Below the pieces are notes generated by a model. That model saw only the letters and a program-made list of their open reading frames with translations. It had not been told where the DNA came from and did no database searches. Positions 58,571-64,000 of a DNA stretch of 64,000 nucleotides are shown one piece after another. A program made the translations under genes and the position numbers. The DNA comes from an uncultured Porifericola sp. (GTDB taxonomy: Bacteria > Bacteroidota > Bacteroidia > Cytophagales > Cyclobacteriaceae): contig CAZFFW010000001.1 in the NCBI GenBank assembly GCA_964518125.1, forward strand, positions 39,704 to 103,703, in the 5' to 3' direction. Position 1 is the stretch's first letter. Each line of letters begins with the position of its first letter.

Positions 58571-61054
58571 TCAGTAAGCCGTTTGGTCAATCCGGGTAAA
58601 TGTGTACCCCCTAACCTTCAATTCAGTAATCAATTCATCCAGTTTGTCATAAAACTTGTCAGTTCTACGAGGATCAGTACCAAAATGAATGAGCAGGTTA
58701 AATCCATTGAGGCCTTCTTCCTCTTCCATCTTCAGGATATTATCGTACAACTGCTGGCTGGGATAATAGGTGCTGCCCGGATCAGGATACGTCCAATCCT
58801 GGTTACTTTGCGTACCAGGTGTAAAGTTGACCAGTTGGATACCTAATTTGTTGCTCCACGCCGCAATGGTGTCATTATACCACTCGTAAGGTGGCAGATA
58901 GTATACCGCATCCTGTTTACGTACACCAAATTTTTGCATCTCTTGATAATTATTTAGCAGATCAAGCCTGAAGGTTTCCTCATCTATCAGCAGGGAATCG
59001 CGTTTTTCCCAGCTGGCGTAGAGCAGGTGTTTATCAGAATGAGCCCCCAGGTAATGACCATCAGCATTAAGTCCTTCAATTATTTTATGAAAACCAGCAT
59101 TACGGTAAAAGTCTCCGGTAAAGAAAAAAGAAGCCTTTACGCCATGTTTTCTGAGTGTTTTACGGATAGTACGCGCACCATCGGCAAACTCATGAGCCGA
59201 AAACATAAGGTTGATTTCCTTCTCCTGCCTATCTGTACGGTTGATCGCTCCAAATGAATATCCCAGCTTATTAGCGGATGCCTGCTGCTTACCTTGTTGC
59301 TGAAGGGATGAAAGATAATACATCAGGCTGGCTGTACCATCCATAGTAGGTTCATTGGTAGAATAATCCCCGAAATCATCATGATATACCACTAATTTTG
59401 ACTGAAATGGTGCATACCGATCTTCTTCCAGCAGGGTCAGTCCTTTAAGATTGTTAAAAATTGAGCCATATACGGGTCCGTCAATCAGGCCGCCGGTCAG
59501 TTTGTATCCTTCCAGGTAAGTCAGGGAGGAATGGGGTTTATCCGGGTAATCTCCATTTTCAGCCAGCCCGATCACCATACTAATGCCCCAGGGGTTACAG
59601 CCCATGAGCCAGTCACGGAGCGCTGCTTCCATTTCCGCAAACCTACTGTCACCGCTCAATTCCTGGTAAAGACGGGCCTGGGAGGCTGCTGCGGTAATCA
59701 GGTTATTGGAACACCAGATAAAGGGAACGCCCATCAGAAAAGGATTGCCCTCCCCTCTCTTGTAAATTTTCTCAAGCCCCAGTTTCATGTATTGTTGAAA
59801 CTCCTTACTGGTTTCAGTATCATCCACTTCAGCCAAACGACCATGGCCGACGTTCCAGAAAGGATACCACTGATAATGCCTTGCCGTATCGGCACCCATC
59901 CATGGGGTGTGCATTTCTTGCTTTCCCAGGGCTACGGCTTTACCCAACCATTCTTCCTGCCCGTTCAGATGATACAGCTGGGCAGCTGCCAGTTCCATAT
60001 CGTCCACCCAGTTATCTTCTTCATAAAAATAAGGTGCACGGCCCGGTGCCGTCTGGCTTACCCCCGGAAAAGCCTCTCCCAGTGCAAAGGCATCCTTGGC
60101 CTTCTGTTCCAGTTTACTGGCCAGGGCAGGGTCTTCTTTTCCAAAAATTTCGGCAGCCAGGGCAAAAGCTGAGGCAAACTTGCCAGCTGTGGAAGCTTTA
60201 CCAGTAGCTCGGTTACGGTAGCGAAGCCCCTGAGGCTCGCCGGTAATAAAATAAACGGGTCTTTCTTTGCCCTTACCGTAGGATACTTCATCATGGTTGG
60301 GCAGGCGGTACCCGGAATGATCACGGTCATCAGCAATCTGATTGTACATTTCTTCGGGAGCCGGATTCATTTTTAGCAGCCAATCCAGGCCCCAGCGGGC
60401 TTCATCCAGTACGTCAGGAACGCCATTGCTTCCGGAAAGACCGGCCGCATCATACTGATCTTCAAAAACTTCCGGATGCTGCTGGTAGGCAAATAACATC
60501 TGGTAGACAGCATTGGCCGATGTGGCCGTATACTGGAGGTAGTCAGTTGCATCGTGCCAGCCGCCGGTGACATCTACATGGGCCGAGTCTCCTGATGGAT
60601 GATATACTCTGAAGCCATCGTGCATATGGCAACTGTCTTGCAAAAAAGGATTAAAACCACAACGCTGCTGACGCATGTATTCCAAAAGTACATCTGTAGC
60701 GCCATCATAGACATCAGGAGCAATACGAAAAAGAGGGGATTTGCTCTCGCCGGCACGGACATAATATGCTCCCGGCCGATCAAAATCCGTGAAATTAAGG
60801 CGTGCGCCACTTTCAAAAGCAGCATAAGGGCCAAATTGCTCCCCTGATGAGGATTTCCACACCTCCTCATCGGTGAGGGCGTCATGAATGGAAAAATCAG
60901 CCGGCAGGCTTTGCTCTTTAGAAACCAGAACAGCCACCTTGACCGACTCTGGCAGGTATCCCATCTGGTTGATGCGTATCCACGACTGGCTATGTGCTGA
61001 TAAATGGGATAACAGTAATGCTGCAAGAAAAAAGGCAAAACGAAGACAAGGCAT
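58571..61054 (-). CDS. secreted GH9 glycoside hydrolase fused to a CE4-like polysaccharide deacetylase domain
   Basis: 827 aa. The layout is signal peptide, Ig-like CelD_N-type domain, GH9 core, then a ~230-aa C-terminal NodB-like domain. GH9 motifs are DVTGGWHDATDY and YHDDFGDYSTNEPTMDG with the catalytic Glu. NodB-like motifs are HSDKH and LPPYEWY; motif 1 is divergent (SAHEFADG). Confidence 0.8.
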   Translation of the reverse strand: MPCLRFAFFLAALLLSHLSAHSQSWIRINQMGYLPESVKVAVLVSKEQSLPADFSIHDALTDEEVWKSSSGEQFGPYAAFESGARLNFTDFDRPGAYYVRAGESKSPLFRIAPDVYDGATDVLLEYMRQQRCGFNPFLQDSCHMHDGFRVYHPSGDSAHVDVTGGWHDATDYLQYTATSANAVYQMLFAYQQHPEVFEDQYDAAGLSGSNGVPDVLDEARWGLDWLLKMNPAPEEMYNQIADDRDHSGYRLPNHDEVSYGKGKERPVYFITGEPQGLRYRNRATGKASTAGKFASAFALAAEIFGKEDPALASKLEQKAKDAFALGEAFPGVSQTAPGRAPYFYEEDNWVDDMELAAAQLYHLNGQEEWLGKAVALGKQEMHTPWMGADTARHYQWYPFWNVGHGRLAEVDDTETSKEFQQYMKLGLEKIYKRGEGNPFLMGVPFIWCSNNLITAAASQARLYQELSGDSRFAEMEAALRDWLMGCNPWGISMVIGLAENGDYPDKPHSSLTYLEGYKLTGGLIDGPVYGSIFNNLKGLTLLEEDRYAPFQSKLVVYHDDFGDYSTNEPTMDGTASLMYYLSSLQQQGKQQASANKLGYSFGAINRTDRQEKEINLMFSAHEFADGARTIRKTLRKHGVKASFFFTGDFYRNAGFHKIIEGLNADGHYLGAHSDKHLLYASWEKRDSLLIDEETFRLDLLNNYQEMQKFGVRKQDAVYYLPPYEWYNDTIAAWSNKLGIQLVNFTPGTQSNQDWTYPDPGSTYYPSQQLYDNILKMEEEEGLNGFNLLIHFGTDPRRTDKFYDKLDELITELKVRGYTFTRIDQTAY

Positions 61055-61132
61055 AGGTTGCGGTAATTGAGAATTTCAGAATTACAATCTTCCTGAATTT
61101 CTTACTGACTCACAAGCCTACGGCTTGTATTT

Positions 61133-61903
61133 TTACTGCTTCAGAAAGCCAAGAAGCGCCCGGGCACATTCTTCTGTTTTCTCGTACATACCCATATGCC
61201 CACAATCCTCCAGGCCGATCAGTTTTCCGCTGTCGGAAAGCTTAGCCTGCTCCTGCAGGTCATGATAAGGTACTATGGCGTCTTCTTTACCCCCTATAAA
61301 ATTAATGGGATAATTTGCTTTCCGCAGCAGATCTAACATTTCACGACGATCACGCATGGCCAGGGTGGCAGCTATGGCAGAAGCATTAGCAGTATTTGAT
61401 GCCAGTTGGATAACCTCCTGTATACTGGTGCTTAGCTTATCTTTTCGGGACTGTGCAAAGAGGGTCGGAATAAAATTTTTGACAAAAGTACCCACCCCGT
61501 TTTTTTCCAGGAATTCCACCGTTTTGTTACGGTTTTCCTTTTTTTCATCACTGTCAGCACGGGCTGTGGAATGAAGCAGACAAAGTCCTTTTACCATTTC
61601 CGGATGTTTTTCGGCAAGAGCCAGGGCAATATAGCCTCCCATAGAGTGCCCAACAAGATGGCACTCATCCACCGCATGCTGCTGCATCCAGGTAGCTACC
61701 TGCATCGCCATGCTTTCAATACTTACCTGAGCATGAAGGGGGCGGTTTTCACCAAAGCCGGGAAGATCCGGCGCTAATACATGCCACTTTTGACTAAGCG
61801 CAGGGACCAGTGGATACCAGATTTCTTTGCTTTCGCAAAATCCATGAAGGAGTACTACCTTTTCTCCACTTCCTTTATCCAGAAAAGCCAGTTGATCACC
61901 CAT
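61133..61903 (-). CDS. alpha/beta hydrolase
   Basis: 256 aa with HGF oxyanion motif, GHSMGG nucleophile elbow and a C-terminal CGHM histidine. Confidence 0.8.
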   Translation of the reverse strand: MGDQLAFLDKGSGEKVVLLHGFCESKEIWYPLVPALSQKWHVLAPDLPGFGENRPLHAQVSIESMAMQVATWMQQHAVDECHLVGHSMGGYIALALAEKHPEMVKGLCLLHSTARADSDEKKENRNKTVEFLEKNGVGTFVKNFIPTLFAQSRKDKLSTSIQEVIQLASNTANASAIAATLAMRDRREMLDLLRKANYPINFIGGKEDAIVPYHDLQEQAKLSDSGKLIGLEDCGHMGMYEKTEECARALLGFLKQ

Positions 61904-61932
61904 CGTAGCAGAAGTTTAAAGAATAAACAGCC

Positions 61933-62592
61933 TTAGCTGGCACAGGCGCTGTCACAACAGTCTTTCCCTTTTGCCTTATCAAATGCTTCTCGTCCTTCTT
62001 TAAAGGCAAACCAGGCTACCCCCAGGGCACCCACAGCATCCACATAAGGAATTCTAAAAAACTCATAAAGAGCACTGGAAACCAACAATATTACTGATAG
62101 GTACAAACAGGTTTTAGTGCAGTTAGCATCCGAAATTATCGGACTTGAATTGAGCTGTTTACCAGCTTTCAGCTTGTAATGGACCAGCGCGTACATGGTG
62201 GCTATGGATATTAGGGAGACAATAATCCCAACCCTGGTGGTCTCAGGCTCACCTCCTGCTATGATCGTCAGAACCGAACTGGCGGTAATGCCCACTGCCA
62301 GCAGATAAAAACTGAAGCCAGTAATCCTCAGAGCCTGCTTCTCAAAACGGTCTTTCTCTACCTGTGGGTTGCTTCTCATCCGGTAAACCATGTGCGCGAT
62401 ACCAATCCCGGACATTACCTCCACAAAGCTATCCACCCCAAAGCCAAACAATGCCAGGGTTTCATCTTCCATACCAAAATAAGTAGCAACAACGCCTTCT
62501 ATCAGGTTATAAAAAATAGTGACCATACTGAGCCAGAAAGCTATTTTCAGCCAGTGTTGTCTCTCTATGTCATGTTTTACAGATGTTTGCAT
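61933..62592 (-). CDS. cation-efflux-like membrane protein lacking the cytoplasmic CDF domain
   Basis: 219 aa with ~6 TMs and a Cys-rich tail KGKDCCDSACAS. It begins 3 nt after the CDF gene stop. Confidence 0.55.
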   Translation of the reverse strand: MQTSVKHDIERQHWLKIAFWLSMVTIFYNLIEGVVATYFGMEDETLALFGFGVDSFVEVMSGIGIAHMVYRMRSNPQVEKDRFEKQALRITGFSFYLLAVGITASSVLTIIAGGEPETTRVGIIVSLISIATMYALVHYKLKAGKQLNSSPIISDANCTKTCLYLSVILLVSSALYEFFRIPYVDAVGALGVAWFAFKEGREAFDKAKGKDCCDSACAS

Positions 62593-62595
62593 ATG

Positions 62596-63516
62596 CTAAT
62601 GTTTTTCCAGTTCACAGACCTCACCAGGTACTTCAAACTGTACAGTGATATGGTCTATATGATGATTTTTGAGTACGTGATTCACCTCTTTGCGCAGATC
62701 AGCAAGCTCGGAAAGCTTTTTGTTTTCCTTAATGACAATATGTACCGACAGAATGTTGTACTTCCCGTCCAAAGTCCATACGTGTGTATCGTGAAGGCCC
62801 TCTACATTCAGAATGTGGAGCAGGTCTTCTTTGACTTTTTCCAGGTCTACATTATCCGGGGTAGCCTGCAGGAAAATATGCATTACCTGCCGCAAATTCC
62901 TGAATGCATTCCAGAAAATATAACAGGCTACTATCAGCGATAGTATCGGATCAATAATCGGAATATCCGCTACCATCATCACAATACTACCGATCAGCAC
63001 CGCTACCCATCCTAACGCATCTTCCAGCAGGTGAAGCATCACTGTACGCTGATTAACCGAACTGCCTTTTCTCTTCAGCCTGATGACCGCCGCACCATTA
63101 AAAACTACCCCCAGTATTGCGAGGTATAACATGCCTTCAGCATTCACCGGCTCAGGATTCAGCAGGCGGGGTACCGACTCAACAACAATAATTAGTGAAC
63201 CGGCCAGAAGGATGACTGAATTGATCAGCGCACTTAGAGGAGAAAAACGTTTGAAGCCAAAAGAAAATTTCTTGGTTCTGCCTTTTTGAGAATAATTTTC
63301 CAGAAAAAGGGAAGACCCTATGGCAAAAGTATCCCCCAGGTCATGAATGGCGTCAGACATAATTGCCATGGAATTGGTAATCGCTCCGCCTATGAATTCA
63401 ATGATGGTAAACGTAAGATTCAGAAAAAAAGCAACCCTCAAATCTCCGCTCACCGAGTGGTGATGCGCATGATTGTGATCGTGTCCATGATCCCCATGAT
63501 GGTGATGATGACCCAT
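62596..63516 (-). CDS. cation diffusion facilitator transporter (CzcD/ZitB-like)
   Basis: 306 aa. It has a His-rich N-terminus MGHHHHHGDHGHDHNHAHHH, an HDLGD motif in TM2, HLLEDALGW in TM5 and a C-terminal ferredoxin-like domain. Confidence 0.9.
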   Translation of the reverse strand: MGHHHHHGDHGHDHNHAHHHSVSGDLRVAFFLNLTFTIIEFIGGAITNSMAIMSDAIHDLGDTFAIGSSLFLENYSQKGRTKKFSFGFKRFSPLSALINSVILLAGSLIIVVESVPRLLNPEPVNAEGMLYLAILGVVFNGAAVIRLKRKGSSVNQRTVMLHLLEDALGWVAVLIGSIVMMVADIPIIDPILSLIVACYIFWNAFRNLRQVMHIFLQATPDNVDLEKVKEDLLHILNVEGLHDTHVWTLDGKYNILSVHIVIKENKKLSELADLRKEVNHVLKNHHIDHITVQFEVPGEVCELEKH

Positions 63517-63628
63517 ATTGTTTTATTAAGTTTGTTTTGAGGTATAACCTGACACCCTAATCGCTTGTTAATATAGGTACATTAGTATCTATTTTTTTAC
63601 TTAAGGCTATTTTTTGAGCTAACCTATC

Positions 63629-64000
63629 ATGAAAAATCCAGCAGATAAAGCAAAACAACAACTTCCTGAAACAAAAAAATGGGTGGAACACTTCGCCCGA
63701 TTCGGCTATGCAGCCAAGGGGACAATTTATGTCCTGGTTGGGGTATTATCCGCGATTGCGGCATTCTCAGCAGGCGGTAAAACCACCGGCAGGAAAGGTG
63801 CTTTCATTGAAATAGCCCAGCAGCCCTATGGAAAAATTTTGCTGGTACTCGTTGGCTTGGGGTTTATCGGCTATGGTGTCTGGAGATTCATACAGTCAAT
63901 TCGGGATGCTGAAAATAAAGGTAATAAAACCAAAGGTATACTCATCAGAGCTGGCTATATCTTGAGTGGGCTGCTGTATTTTTACTTTGCCTACTACGCC
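63629..64000 (+). CDS. DUF1206-like membrane protein (3'-truncated by window end)
   Basis: The hand-translated frame is open from the ATG at 63629 to the window end. It reads FARFGYAAKGTIYVLVGVLS...GYGVWRFIQS, the DUF1206 repeat pattern as I recall it. Confidence 0.55.
   Translation, partial: MKNPADKAKQQLPETKKWVEHFARFGYAAKGTIYVLVGVLSAIAAFSAGGKTTGRKGAFIEIAQQPYGKILLVLVGLGFIGYGVWRFIQSIRDAENKGNKTKGILIRAGYILSGLLYFYFAYYA

Noticed and set aside
59531-61038. Several ORFs inside the GH9 gene (213 aa and 108 aa on the plus strand, 154 aa and 92 aa on the minus strand)
   Set aside because: They are alternative-frame or antisense ORFs within a gene whose frame carries unambiguous GH9 and CE4 motifs.
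62392-62943. 183-aa plus-strand ORF across the junction of the two cation-efflux genes
   Set aside because: It is antisense to both transporter genes.
1-64000. CRISPR arrays, rRNA genes, IS elements or transposases, prophage structural genes and known defence systems
   Set aside because: I saw no regularly spaced direct repeats, no transposase or integrase-like ORFs, and no nuclease, helicase or methylase clusters among the translated ORFs.

Overview
This 64-kb chromosomal segment reads as Bacteroidota (Cytophagia/Flavobacteriia-like). Supporting signs are T9SS type-A and type-B C-terminal sorting domains, a PorP/SprF gene next to a giant PKD adhesin, an ECF sigma/anti-sigma operon and a pth-ctc-prs block. 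I count about 62 protein-coding genes and one tRNA-Gln(UUG). I saw no rRNA, CRISPR array, transposase, integrase or recognisable defence system. Most of the window is housekeeping: metG, cysS, prs, pth, L25, dinB, rarA, rimK, dcd, yidD, trhO. All family calls are by-eye motif recognition on the supplied translations; no database search was run. Six places deserve a second look. (1) A nine-gene stress or dormancy-like island at 43.4-50.1 kb is driven from two divergent promoter regions, and each carries the same perfect 14-bp palindrome, ATGAT-N4-ATCAT. (2) A DUF1501 protein carries both a twin-arginine signal and a T9SS sorting domain. (3) An uncharacterised operon at 21.6-24.9 kb encodes a lipoprotein, a 4x DUF350 membrane protein and a membrane-fused spermidine-synthase-like protein. 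(4) A visibly AT-rich ORFan island at 54.4-58.0 kb holds a ParB-like protein, small orphan ORFs and about 900 bp of non-coding DNA; a palindrome-dense 655-bp intergenic region lies upstream at 52.36-53.01 kb, separated from the island by a TPR gene. (5) One polypeptide fuses GH9 and CE4-like domains. (6) A stand-alone hisI is translationally coupled to a Fur-family regulator next to cysS. None of these amounts to a demonstrably novel system from sequence alone.
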